In this document: positions 44,718 to 54,117 of the stretch, in pieces
Numbering within the stretch: position 1 is the stretch's first letter
How the letters are laid out: the number at the start of each line of letters is the position of its first letter
From: Rhodocyclaceae bacterium
GTDB taxonomy: Bacteria > Pseudomonadota > Gammaproteobacteria > Burkholderiales > CAIKXV01
DNA length: 64,000 nt
Reading direction: 5' to 3'
NCBI GenBank assembly: GCA_020248265.1
Contig: JADCHX010000002.1
Coordinates: forward strand, 384,011-448,010
Translations under genes and position numbers: made by a program
Notes under the pieces: model-generated
Told to the model about the DNA's origin: nothing
The model's input: the letters and a program-made list of their open reading frames with translations, nothing else
The model's database searches: none

Positions 44718-46286
44718 ATGGCTGTACCTTCCGTACCGACCGCCCCACGCCGGTCTCGCCCCTCCCTCCTGCATCCGTTGCGCGGGGTGCTGGACGTTCC
44801 TTTGCACCGCCTGATGCGCGGTCTTGCGGTCGCGGTCGTGGTGACCCTGGCAGGCCCGGTCGCCGCCGAGGAAGCAGTCGATCCGTCCACGGGCCGCGTG
44901 AGCATGGTCCAGCAGGCACCCGGGGCGGACACGCCCGACCTGTCGTCCCTCGGCCTGCGCAGCGAGGGCGGCGGCTTCGGCCTGTTGTCCGGCCAGATAA
45001 GCGACATCAGCCTCGTACCGGCCAGCGACCTCACGCAGCCGCCCACCAGCCTGTGGACGCGGCTGCGCAACGGGTTCGGCATGCCCGACCTGGTCCATCC
45101 GGCTGTTCGCCAGGAGGAAGACTTCTACGCCAACCGCCCGGACCACCTGCGGCGGGTGGTCGAGCGCAGCCGGCGCTACCTGTTCCACATCGTCGAGGTG
45201 ATCGAGCGCCGCGGCATGCCCGCCGAACTCGCACTGCTGCCGATCATCGAGAGTGCGTACAACCCTGTCGCGGTGTCCCCGGCACGCGCGGCAGGCATGT
45301 GGCAATTCATACCCTCCACCGGGCTCAACTTCGGCCTGCGCCAGAACGCCTGGCTCGACAGCCGGCGCGACATCCTGCTGTCCACCGAAGCAGCGCTCGA
45401 CTACCTGCAGAAGTTGTACGACATGTTCGGCAGCTGGGAGCTCGCACTCGCCGCCTACAACTGCGGCGAAGGCTGCGTGCAGCGGGCGATCGCCCGCAAT
45501 GCGCTGCGCGGGGACCGGGTCGATTTCTCCAGCCTCCAGTTGCCCGCTGAGACGCGCGCCTACGTGCCCAAGCTGCAGGCGGTGAAGAACATCATCGCCA
45601 ACCCGCGCCAGTTCAACATGACGCTGGCCGACGTGCCGAACGAGCCCTACTTCGGTACCGTGCAGGTCGAGCAGCACATGGATGTCAAGGTCGCCGCCAG
45701 GCTCGCCGGGATGACCGTCGAGGAGTTCGTCGCGCTCAACCCGGCGCACAACCGGTCGGTCATCAACGTCAACAAGCTGCCGACGCTGCTGCTGCCGCTC
45801 GACCGCATGACCCAGTTCAGTGCGGGGCTGCGCGACCTGGGCGAACGCGCGCTCGCGTCGGTACGGATCTACACCCCGCGCGCCGGCGAACCACTCGACC
45901 AGATCGCGCGCCGTAACGGCGTGACGCTGGCGGCGCTCAGGCGAAGCAACGACCTGCCGCAGAGGATGCGCGCTGCGGCAGGCGACGTCGACCTGTTGAT
46001 TCCGACCGGCGCCAGCGCGCAATTCGAAGAGCCGCCGGTGCGTGCGGCACGGCCGGTTGCCCGTTCCGCTGCAGCCCCTCGCACTGCCGCAGCGCCGCGT
46101 GGTGCCGCCACTGCCCGAGGCACGCCGCGTCCGCCCCTGGCAGCCGCCGGCAGCCGACAGCCAGCGCGCCCTGCAGCGACGTCCCCGCGCCCGCCCGGAC
46201 AAGCCGCGACTGCCCGCAAGGCAACGCCGCCCACGCCGCCAGCCCGGCCGACGATCGTCGCCACCCAGCAGGGCGAGCGTCGCTGA
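44718..46286 (+). CDS. mltD: Membrane-bound lytic murein transglycosylase D-like (SLT domain plus LysM)
   Basis: The SLT catalytic region is LLPIIESAYNPVAVSPARAAGMWQFIPSTG...AAYNCGEG. A LysM-like segment is YTPRAGEPLDQIARRNGVTLAALRRSNDL. The C-terminal tail is Ala/Pro/Arg-rich. The ATG at 44814 (MRGLAVAVVVTLAG, signal-like) is an alternative start. Confidence 0.87.
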   Translation: MAVPSVPTAPRRSRPSLLHPLRGVLDVPLHRLMRGLAVAVVVTLAGPVAAEEAVDPSTGRVSMVQQAPGADTPDLSSLGLRSEGGGFGLLSGQISDISLVPASDLTQPPTSLWTRLRNGFGMPDLVHPAVRQEEDFYANRPDHLRRVVERSRRYLFHIVEVIERRGMPAELALLPIIESAYNPVAVSPARAAGMWQFIPSTGLNFGLRQNAWLDSRRDILLSTEAALDYLQKLYDMFGSWELALAAYNCGEGCVQRAIARNALRGDRVDFSSLQLPAETRAYVPKLQAVKNIIANPRQFNMTLADVPNEPYFGTVQVEQHMDVKVAARLAGMTVEEFVALNPAHNRSVINVNKLPTLLLPLDRMTQFSAGLRDLGERALASVRIYTPRAGEPLDQIARRNGVTLAALRRSNDLPQRMRAAAGDVDLLIPTGASAQFEEPPVRAARPVARSAAAPRTAAAPRGAATARGTPRPPLAAAGSRQPARPAATSPRPPGQAATARKATPPTPPARPTIVATQQGERR

Positions 46287-46307
46287 AGCCTTAAGCCGCG
46301 GGGCCGC

Positions 46308-48395
46308 TCAGCGCGCGGCGTCCTCCGGGGCATGCAGGTGGCAAGCCACCACTCGCCCGCCCGCCAGTGCGAAACTGGCTGGGTAGCGCTGCTGGCAGAC
46401 CGGCATCGCATGCAGGCAGCGCTGGCGGAAGTGGCATCCAGCCGGCGGATCGATCGGCGAGGGCGGATCGCCGACGATACGCTCAGCCGCCGGCAGCACG
46501 CCGCGATCGATCCGCGGGACCGCCGACAGCAACGCACGCGTGTATGGATGGGCCGGGCTGTCGAGCACCGCGCGCACCGGCCCCCGCTCGACGATGCGTC
46601 CGAGATACATCACGGCGATCTCGTCGGCCACGACTTCGACCACGCCGAGGTTGTGCGTGATGAACAGATAGGACAACCCCATCTGCTGCTGCAGACTGCG
46701 CAGCAGGTTCAGGATCTGCGCCTGCACCGACACGTCGAGGGCGCTCGTCGGTTCGTCGCACACCACCAGCTGCGGCTCGACCGACAGCGCGCGCGCAATC
46801 GCGACCCGCTGCCGCTGGCCGCCGGAGAACTGATGCGGAAAGCGGTTGCCTGCCTCCGCCGGCAATCCGACCTGTTCCAGCAGGCGCAGGATGCGCCGCG
46901 CACGTTCGGCGGCGCCCCACTCCGGGCGCAATGAGCGCATGCCTTCGTCCAGCGCATCGCCGATGCGGATGCGCGGATTCAGCGATGCATAGGGATCCTG
47001 GAACACGATCTGCATCCGCGCGCGCAACGGACGCAGCGCGGCGCGGCCCAGCCCGCTCAGGTCGCGCCCCCCGAAAGCGATGCTGCCCCCCGTCGGCTCG
47101 ACCAGCCGCAGCAGCGCCTTGCCGACCGTCGTCTTGCCACAGCCCGATTCACCGACCAGTGCCAGGGTGCGGCCCGGGGCGATCTCGAGCGAGACACCGT
47201 CGACCGCGCGCACCGTACCGCGCGCGCCGCGCAGCAGGCCACCGCGCAACGGAAAGTGCACCTGCAGGTCGCGCGCAACGAGCAGCGGCGCAGCCTGCGC
47301 CGCGGCAACGCGCGCCGACGCGGTGCCAGGCTCAGGCCCGGACTGCGCCGGATGTGGCTGCAACGCGGGCGGCGCCTCGGCCCCACGCACCGCAAACAGG
47401 TGGCAGCGTACGCTCTGCCCGTCCGCCAGCGCGACCAGCGGCGGCAGTGTTGCGCGGCAGGGCGCGAACGCCTGGTCGCAGCGCTCGGCGAACCGGCAAC
47501 CGATGAACGTCCCGTCCAGCGCGGGCACGCTGCCGCGGATCACCGCCAGCGGGGTATCGCGGCTGCCGCGCTCCGGCAGCGAATCGAACAGCTTGCGCGA
47601 ATATGGGTGCGCCGGGCCGCGCAGAAAGGTGTCGACCCGGGCGACTTCGACGATTTCGCCGGCGTACATCACGGCCACCCGCTGCGCCGTCTCCGCGACC
47701 ACGCCGAGGTCGTGGGTGATCAGCAGCATCGCCATCCCTCGGCTGCGCTGGATTTCACGCAGCAGGTCGAGCACCTGCGCCTGGATCGTCACGTCCAGCG
47801 CGGTGGTCGGCTCGTCGCCGATCAGCAGTTCGGGATCACAGGCCAGGGCGAGCGCGATCATCACCCGCTGGCGCATGCCACCCGAGAGCTGGAACGGATA
47901 CTCGTCCATCCTGCGCGCCGCCTCAGGTATGCCGACGGCCTGCAGCAGTTCGAGGGCTCGGGCGCGCGCTGCAGCACCGGCCATGCGCCGGTGACGGTAC
48001 AGCGCCTCCTCGACCTGCATGCCGACGCGCATCACCGGGTTGAGCGACAGCATCGGCTCCTGGAAGATCATGCCGATGCGTGCACCACGTATCTCGCGCA
48101 TCGCCTTTTCCGGCAGGTCGAGCAGGTCCTCGCCCTCCAGCCGGACAGTGCCGTCGACCACCTCGGCGGCGTCCGGCAGCAGCCGCATGACCGACAGCGC
48201 GGCCATCGACTTGCCACAGCCCGATTCGCCGAGCAGCGCCAGGGTCTCGCCACGCGCGAGTACCAGGCCGACCGAATCGACCGCCCGGACGATCGAGGTG
48301 CCACCGTCGACCCATGTGCGCAGACCGTCGATCTCGAGCAGGGCCGCAGGTTCCGGCGTCATGCTGCCGTCGTCGCGATCGGTCATGTCGGTCAT
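46308..48395 (-). CDS. Fused double ATP-binding-cassette protein of a peptide/opine-type ABC importer (YejF-like)
   Basis: ORF trimmed to the ATG at 48393-48395 ([10 protein letters not shown]...), with an ATGA overlap with the permease. There are two Walker A motifs (GESGCGKSM and GESGCGKTT) and two LSGG signatures. Confidence 0.9.
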   Translation of the reverse strand: MTDMTDRDDGSMTPEPAALLEIDGLRTWVDGGTSIVRAVDSVGLVLARGETLALLGESGCGKSMAALSVMRLLPDAAEVVDGTVRLEGEDLLDLPEKAMREIRGARIGMIFQEPMLSLNPVMRVGMQVEEALYRHRRMAGAAARARALELLQAVGIPEAARRMDEYPFQLSGGMRQRVMIALALACDPELLIGDEPTTALDVTIQAQVLDLLREIQRSRGMAMLLITHDLGVVAETAQRVAVMYAGEIVEVARVDTFLRGPAHPYSRKLFDSLPERGSRDTPLAVIRGSVPALDGTFIGCRFAERCDQAFAPCRATLPPLVALADGQSVRCHLFAVRGAEAPPALQPHPAQSGPEPGTASARVAAAQAAPLLVARDLQVHFPLRGGLLRGARGTVRAVDGVSLEIAPGRTLALVGESGCGKTTVGKALLRLVEPTGGSIAFGGRDLSGLGRAALRPLRARMQIVFQDPYASLNPRIRIGDALDEGMRSLRPEWGAAERARRILRLLEQVGLPAEAGNRFPHQFSGGQRQRVAIARALSVEPQLVVCDEPTSALDVSVQAQILNLLRSLQQQMGLSYLFITHNLGVVEVVADEIAVMYLGRIVERGPVRAVLDSPAHPYTRALLSAVPRIDRGVLPAAERIVGDPPSPIDPPAGCHFRQRCLHAMPVCQQRYPASFALAGGRVVACHLHAPEDAAR

Positions 48396-49873
48396 GCGCG
48401 TTCCCCTGCCCTGCCCGGCCCGCGCACCGGACCGATCCGGAAGCCGGCCCGGCGTACCGTCGAACGCGGATCGAACGCGTCGCGCACCGCATCGGCGAAG
48501 AGGTTGGCTGCGAGCACGAGCGCGAGCATGAATGCGAATGCCGAGGCCAGCGACCACCAGACCATCGGTTCACGCGCCATCTCCAGGCGCGCGTCGTTGA
48601 TCATCGTGCCGAAGCTGATCATGCTCGGATCGACGCCGACGCCGACATACGAGAGTACCGCCTCGGCCAGCACGAGCCCGGAGAAGCCCATCACCGCCGA
48701 GATCAGCACGATGTGCAGCATGTTCGGAGCCAGGTGGCGCACGATGATCCGCCAGTGGGATACGCCGAATGCGTGGGCCGCCTGAACATACTCGAGTTCG
48801 CGCAGCTTCAGCGCCTCCCCGCGCAGCAGCCTGCAGAGTCCGGTCCAGTTGGCAAGCCCGAGGATCACGCACAGCATCAGCAGGCGGAAGTCGGCGCGCT
48901 GCGCCGATGTCTCGAACAGCCCCGGCCGAGTTTCCATGTACACCTGTATCAGAAGCACCCCGGCCGCGATCAGCAGCACGGACGGGATCGACTCGATCGT
49001 CGTGTACACGTACTGGATCAGGTCGTCGACCCAGCCCTTGAAGTAACCGGCGGCGATACCGAGCAGCACGGCGAATGGCATCAGCACGAGCGTGGTCAGC
49101 GTACCGATGACCAGGCTCGTGCGGATGCTCTTGAGGGACAGGTACAGGACGCTCTGGCCGATCTTCGACGTGCCGAGCACGTGGTAGTGGGCCGACAGCA
49201 CCACGACCGGACCGGCGAGCACCAGCAGCACCGACGCAGTCACCAGCAGCGCGCGCCAGTTCACGCCGTCCCCGACGCCGCGCCGGATGTCCACCAGGGT
49301 CGCCCGGAACGCGGCTCGCCGGCGGCGGGCGATCGCGGCGATCCAGAGCGTGCAGAACGCGCCCGCCGCGAGCACCCCGGCCAGCAGGCCGGCAACGGCA
49401 CGCAGTGCGACGTCGGCGGCCCGGTCGGCAGGATCGGCAAGATGCGCGCCGCCATGGCGCAGGCGGGGGAACTCCCGGACCTGCGCCCCATCCGGCCGTT
49501 CGATCGTCTCCTTCTGGAACGAGACTGCGGCGAGCGGGGCGGAGTAGGTCTTCTCGCGCCGCTCGCGCAACGGCGCGACCAGCAGGTCGAGCACGCTCAG
49601 CACGTCGACCGAATACGCTGCCTTGCCACCCTCGCCCGGCTTCTCGAGCGCGGGCCGGAAGTGCAGCGAATCGAGCAGGCCGATTCCGACGAACAGCGCG
49701 AGCACCACTGCCGAACCCATGCCGATGCTGTTGCCCGCGACGCGGCGCCAGCCCCGCCTCAGGTTCTCGTTGCGCCAGCAGGACCAGGCGAACGCGCACA
49801 GCACGGCAACCAGCAGGAACACGAGTGCATCGGTCCACAGCAGTACCGGCAGGAATGATCCCTGGCCGATCAT
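48392..49873 (-). CDS. ABC importer permease (DppC/YejE-like) with an extended N-terminal region
   Basis: ORF 48392..51061 trimmed to the ATG at 49871-49873 (MIGQGSFLPVLLWTDALVFLLV...), with an ATGA overlap upstream. The C-terminal half has the BPD-transport EAA-type region (EYVQAAHAFGVSHWRIIVRHLAPN). At 493 aa it is longer than my recollection of E. coli YejE. Confidence 0.87.
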   Translation of the reverse strand: MIGQGSFLPVLLWTDALVFLLVAVLCAFAWSCWRNENLRRGWRRVAGNSIGMGSAVVLALFVGIGLLDSLHFRPALEKPGEGGKAAYSVDVLSVLDLLVAPLRERREKTYSAPLAAVSFQKETIERPDGAQVREFPRLRHGGAHLADPADRAADVALRAVAGLLAGVLAAGAFCTLWIAAIARRRRAAFRATLVDIRRGVGDGVNWRALLVTASVLLVLAGPVVVLSAHYHVLGTSKIGQSVLYLSLKSIRTSLVIGTLTTLVLMPFAVLLGIAAGYFKGWVDDLIQYVYTTIESIPSVLLIAAGVLLIQVYMETRPGLFETSAQRADFRLLMLCVILGLANWTGLCRLLRGEALKLRELEYVQAAHAFGVSHWRIIVRHLAPNMLHIVLISAVMGFSGLVLAEAVLSYVGVGVDPSMISFGTMINDARLEMAREPMVWWSLASAFAFMLALVLAANLFADAVRDAFDPRSTVRRAGFRIGPVRGPGRAGERA

Positions 49874-50847
49874 GCGAAACGCACCCGCGGATCGACCCAG
49901 GCGTACGAAAGGTCGGTGAGCACCAGGCCGACGATGTAGAGCACCGAACCGAGGAAGACCATCGCACGCACCACGGCGAAGTCCTGCGCATTGATCGCAT
50001 CGATCGTGTAGCTCCCCAGCCCCGGGATGCCGAAGAACGACTCGAACAGCAGGCTGCCGAGGAACAGCGACGGGATCACCACGACCACGCCGGTGAGGAT
50101 CGGGATCATCGCGTTGCGCAGCACATGCCCGGACAGCACGCGCATCTCCGACAGCCCTTTCGCGCGCGCCGTGCGCACGTACTCTCGACCCATCTCGTCG
50201 AGGAAGATCGTGCGGTACCAGCGCGTGCTGCTGCCGATGCCCGCCACCACGCCGATCACCACCGGCAGCAGCAGGAAGGGAACCATCGCCACGCCATCGG
50301 CGAACCCCGAGATCGGGGCGAGGCGCCAGGCCTTGCTCACCAGGTACTGTCCGCCGATGATGTAGAACATCGCCGACACCGACATCAGCACCACGCAGGC
50401 GATCACCCCCGCCAGGTCGAGTGGCGTCTGCCGGAAGAACACCAGCAGCAGCGCAGCGCAGACATAGGCAAACAGCCCCAGAACGAACACCGGCAGCGCG
50501 ATCGCGAGGCTCGGTCCCATCCGCTCGCGGATCTCCCGGCCGATGTCGCGGCCGTCGTCCGAGAACCCGAAGTCGAACGCGAACAGCCGCACCGACTTGT
50601 CGAAGAAGATCGTGTCGGTGAATCGCGCGCCACCTTCGGCCGACGCATTGACGAACAGCGGCCTGTCGTAGCCGCGTTCGCGCTTCCAGTCCTCGATCGC
50701 CTCGGGTGTCACGCGTTTCACGCCCAGTTGCATGCGCGCCATGTCGTCGGGCGTGTTCACCATGAAGAACAACGCGAAGGTGAGCAGGTTGACCCCGATC
50801 AGGATCGGGATCGCATAGAGCAGGCGGCGCAGCAGGTAGGCGATCAT
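49870..50847 (-). CDS. ABC importer permease (DppB/YejB-like)
   Basis: ORF trimmed to the ATG at 50845-50847 (MIAYLLRRLLYAIPILIGVNLLTFALFF), the classical DppB-type N-terminus. REYVRTARAKGLSEMRVLSGHVLRNA is present. Confidence 0.9.
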   Translation of the reverse strand: MIAYLLRRLLYAIPILIGVNLLTFALFFMVNTPDDMARMQLGVKRVTPEAIEDWKRERGYDRPLFVNASAEGGARFTDTIFFDKSVRLFAFDFGFSDDGRDIGREIRERMGPSLAIALPVFVLGLFAYVCAALLLVFFRQTPLDLAGVIACVVLMSVSAMFYIIGGQYLVSKAWRLAPISGFADGVAMVPFLLLPVVIGVVAGIGSSTRWYRTIFLDEMGREYVRTARAKGLSEMRVLSGHVLRNAMIPILTGVVVVIPSLFLGSLLFESFFGIPGLGSYTIDAINAQDFAVVRAMVFLGSVLYIVGLVLTDLSYAWVDPRVRFA

Positions 50848-53150
50848 CGGCCTGGATCCCCGGCTCCGCGGCCGCCGACGTCGCGCTGCGGTTTGTGCCA
50901 CCCGAGCCGCTCGAACCGGCCCGCTCGCCGCTCGCGCCGCCGGTAGCCGGCCCAGGCGGGCAGCACCAGCGCGAGCAGGCCGAGCACGGCAAGCCCGATC
51001 GGCCAGATCGCCGGATCGTTCCACGCCGCCTGCGCGGCCGCGCGTGCCGCACCATCCACACGGTGGTACTTCAGTTCGTTCTGCGCCATCGAATTGGGCT
51101 TGCTGTTGAGCAGCCAGCCGTGGCGCAGCGTGTAGTCGACCGGGTGCAGGCCCCATACCCACGGCGCGTCATGGCGCGCGATCTCGACCATCCGGTCGAT
51201 CACCTGCTGCCGGGCCGGGCCATCGTCCATCCCCTTCATCTGCTCGAACAGGCGATCGTATTCCGGGTTCGCATAGTTGGCCGAATTGTTGCCATCGCGC
51301 CCGGCCTTTCCTTCGGGCCCGTACAGCAGGAACAGGAAGTTCTCCGGATCGGGATAGTCGGCATTCCATCCGAGGAAGAACAGCTGCACATTGCCCTGCC
51401 TGAGCTTGTCCTGGAAGCGGTTCCAGTCAGTCAGGCGCGGTACCAATTGGACATCGATCTTCTGCAGTTGCCGCACGTACCATTCGATGCGCGAGCGCGC
51501 ACCCGGCCCGCCGCCGGTCGTGTCGAGGTACAGGACCAGGGGCTGCCCGGTCCTTGCATCGCGGCCATCCGGATAGCCGGCCTCGGCCAACAGCCGCTTC
51601 GCTTCCGTCAGCGGCTTGCGCCTCGGCAGGCCGTCGACCCAGTCGTACATGTACCGGTTGACGCCGTCCTCGCCATCGCGAAACCCGATGATGCCCGGCG
51701 CGATCGGCCCCTGTGCGGGGATCGCGCGACCGTTGCGGAAGATCGAGATGAACTCCTCCTGGTCGATCGCAAGCGACACCGCATGGCGCAGCTTGCGTGC
51801 ACGCTCGCGCTCGGCCGGGCCGGCCTTGCCGCCGGAACCGACCACCGGGTCGTTCCAGTTGAAGCCGACATAGAACACCGAGGTGGCCACCGAGGTCTGC
51901 AGGCGGATGCCGCGCGCCGCCATCCCGTCGCTGATGCCGATGTCGCCCGACTCGTTCATCTGCACCGCCTGGTCGAACGCATCGGAACTGATGCCGGAGG
52001 TGTCGAACCAGCCCTGCAGGAACTTGTTCCAGTACGGGATCTGCTCCTTCTCGAGCGTGAAGACGAGGCGCGGGGCGAGTGGCAGCGGCCGTCCGGCATC
52101 GGCGAGCAGGCCGGCTTCGCGGTCGCCGGGCGCCCCCTCGGACGGGTAGACCTCGCCCGCATAGTGCGGATTGCGCTCGAGCACCATGCGGCGGCTCGGG
52201 TTGTTTTCCGTGAGCATGTAAGGGCCGCTGCCGATCGGGTACCAGTCGAGCGAGATGTTCTTTTTCGCGAGCCCCGGTTGCGCGTAGAAGCGGTCGGCCT
52301 CGGGCGGCATCGGCGCGAAGAACGGCATCGCGAGCCAGTAGACGAACTGCGGATACTTGCCGGCGAGGCGCACGCGGAAGGTATGCCGGTCGACTACCTG
52401 CACGCCTTCGATCGAATGCGCTTCGATGTCGATGAATGCATCGCGCGGCAGCAACTTCGCCTGCTCGCGCAGCGTCTCGGCCAGCGGTCCGAGGCCGACG
52501 ATGTAGTTCGCCATCTTGCCGAGGATCGGCGACTGCAGCCGCGGATGGGCGAGCCGTTTGATCTGGTGCACGAAGTCGGCTGCGACGACTTCGCGCGTCC
52601 CCGTCTGGGGGAAATCCCGGAGCGCATGGATGCCGGCGAGCTGGGCGGCCCCCAGTGCGTGGTAGAGCGGACGTCCCTGGGCGTCGAGCGCCAGCGCCGG
52701 ATGCGGCTGGTAGCGCAGACCCGGGCGGATGCGCACGTCGTAGACGCTGAATGCCACCTCGGAAGCCGGGGCATCGGCGGGCAGCTCGCGCCCCTGGCGG
52801 TCGAGGTAGCGCGGCCGGGGCACCTCGGTCGCCGCGAAACCGGTGAGTTCGAACGGCCGCTTCAGGTAGTGGTACTGCAGCGGCGGCTGGTAGATCTGGC
52901 CGACGAATACATATGCATCCGAGGTGTAGGCGCGCGCGGGATCCAGATGCTTCGGCCGTTGGTTGAACGCCGCATAGATCGTCTGTTCGCGGACTTGCGC
53001 GGAGTCGTCAGGATAGGGGTCATTCCACGGACCGCTGCAACCGGCCAGCAGCACACCCGCGCACAGACATGCCAGGCCGTACCGCGCGATCGTGGCCACG
53101 ATGGATTCCGGGCGGCTGGATCGTGCGGTGACAGGACGGGCGGCTGGCAT
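50844..53150 (-). CDS. Family-5 (peptide/nickel) ABC substrate-binding lipoprotein, YejA-like, with a C-terminal hydrophobic anchor
   Basis: ATG at 53148-53150. The lipobox is LLAGCSG. The SBP-5 body follows. The extra C-terminal segment is AIWPIGLAVLGLLALVLPAWAGYRRRERR. ATGA overlap with the next gene. Confidence 0.87.
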   Translation of the reverse strand: MPAARPVTARSSRPESIVATIARYGLACLCAGVLLAGCSGPWNDPYPDDSAQVREQTIYAAFNQRPKHLDPARAYTSDAYVFVGQIYQPPLQYHYLKRPFELTGFAATEVPRPRYLDRQGRELPADAPASEVAFSVYDVRIRPGLRYQPHPALALDAQGRPLYHALGAAQLAGIHALRDFPQTGTREVVAADFVHQIKRLAHPRLQSPILGKMANYIVGLGPLAETLREQAKLLPRDAFIDIEAHSIEGVQVVDRHTFRVRLAGKYPQFVYWLAMPFFAPMPPEADRFYAQPGLAKKNISLDWYPIGSGPYMLTENNPSRRMVLERNPHYAGEVYPSEGAPGDREAGLLADAGRPLPLAPRLVFTLEKEQIPYWNKFLQGWFDTSGISSDAFDQAVQMNESGDIGISDGMAARGIRLQTSVATSVFYVGFNWNDPVVGSGGKAGPAERERARKLRHAVSLAIDQEEFISIFRNGRAIPAQGPIAPGIIGFRDGEDGVNRYMYDWVDGLPRRKPLTEAKRLLAEAGYPDGRDARTGQPLVLYLDTTGGGPGARSRIEWYVRQLQKIDVQLVPRLTDWNRFQDKLRQGNVQLFFLGWNADYPDPENFLFLLYGPEGKAGRDGNNSANYANPEYDRLFEQMKGMDDGPARQQVIDRMVEIARHDAPWVWGLHPVDYTLRHGWLLNSKPNSMAQNELKYHRVDGAARAAAQAAWNDPAIWPIGLAVLGLLALVLPAWAGYRRRERRAGRFERLGWHKPQRDVGGRGAGDPGR

Positions 53151-53253
53151 CTCACGCTCAGTGTAACGAAAACATCCTGCCCGGGGTCAAGCAATTCCCG
53201 TGCTGGAGCCCGGCGCTATACTCCGCCCACATTCATTGCATACGGGGCACTCG

Positions 53254-54036
53254 ATGGGCTTTCTTTCAGGCAAGCGGATCCTGATCACCGGCATGCTCAG
53301 CAACCGGTCGATCGCCTACGGCATCGCAAAGGCCTGCGCGCGCGAAGGCGCCGAAATGGCCTTCACATACCAGGGCGAAGGCGTGAAGGACCGCGTCGTC
53401 GCACTCGCGGCGGAGTTCTCGTGCGATCGTGTGTTCCCTTGCGATGTCGGAAGCGACGCCGACATCGAGCGGCTGTTTGCCGACCTCGGCCAGTGCTGGG
53501 ACCGGCTCGACGGCCTGGTCCATGCGATCGCGTTCGCACCGCGCGAGGCGCTGTCCGGCGAGCTGCTCGACGGTCTGGATCGCGAAGGCTTCCGCATCGC
53601 ACACGAGATCAGTTCCTACAGTTTCGCTGCGCTCGCGAAGTCCGCACGGCCGATGATGGGCGCCGGCGGAGCACTGCTGACCCTGTCCTACCTCGGCGCC
53701 GAGCGTGTCGTACCGAACTACAACGTGATGGGGCTGGCGAAGGCCAGCCTGGAGGCGAACGTGCGCTACCTCGCGGCGAATCTCGGTCCGCAAGGCATCC
53801 GGGTCAACGGCATCTCGGCCGGTCCGATCAAGACGCTGGCTGCGGCCGGTATCGGCGGCTTCGGCAAGATTCTCAAGTTCGTCGAGGAGAACGCGCCGCT
53901 GCGCCGGAACGTGACGACGGAAGACGTGGGCAATGCGACCGCCTTCCTGCTGTCCGATCTCGCCGCCGGCATCACCGGCGAGATCACCTACGTAGACGCT
54001 GGCTTCAACGTGATGGGCGCCTGCATCCCGCGCTGA
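53254..54036 (+). CDS. fabI: Enoyl-[acyl-carrier-protein] reductase (NADH) FabI
   Basis: ORF trimmed to the ATG at 53254 ([27 protein letters not shown]). The FabI catalytic context [13 protein letters not shown] and [11 protein letters not shown] are present. Confidence 0.95.
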   Translation: MGFLSGKRILITGMLSNRSIAYGIAKACAREGAEMAFTYQGEGVKDRVVALAAEFSCDRVFPCDVGSDADIERLFADLGQCWDRLDGLVHAIAFAPREALSGELLDGLDREGFRIAHEISSYSFAALAKSARPMMGAGGALLTLSYLGAERVVPNYNVMGLAKASLEANVRYLAANLGPQGIRVNGISAGPIKTLAAAGIGGFGKILKFVEENAPLRRNVTTEDVGNATAFLLSDLAAGITGEITYVDAGFNVMGACIPR

Positions 54037-54048
54037 ACGAGGATCGTC

Positions 54049-54079
54049 GCCATCGGCGGTCGGTGCGGCGGCCGATGGC
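54049..54079. terminator. 9-bp GC-rich hairpin (gccatcggc...gccgatggc) between the convergent fabI and ppiD
   Basis: The stem was verified base by base. The loop is 13 nt and there is no clear U-tract. Confidence 0.35.
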
Positions 54080-54117
54080 TGTCGCCGCAACGACCGCCGC
54101 CGCGACAACCCACGCCG

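Noticed and set aside
48392-51061. Track ORF of 889 aa suggesting one giant permease. Likewise 42263..43204 (313 aa), 42793..44208 (471 aa), 38542..39780 (412 aa), 5337..6809 (490 aa) and 637..3261 (874 aa).
   Set aside because: The upstream portions are out-of-frame read-through across the preceding gene or intergenic DNA, and they translate as Arg/Pro-rich junk. Internal ATGs coincide with canonical family N-termini, ATGA overlaps or Shine-Dalgarno sequences, so the shorter models were used.
53217-53222. TATACT -10-like hexamer upstream of fabI as a promoter feature.
   Set aside because: No acceptable -35 element lies at 16-19 nt spacing (the best is TTCCCG), so the support is too weak to list as a feature.
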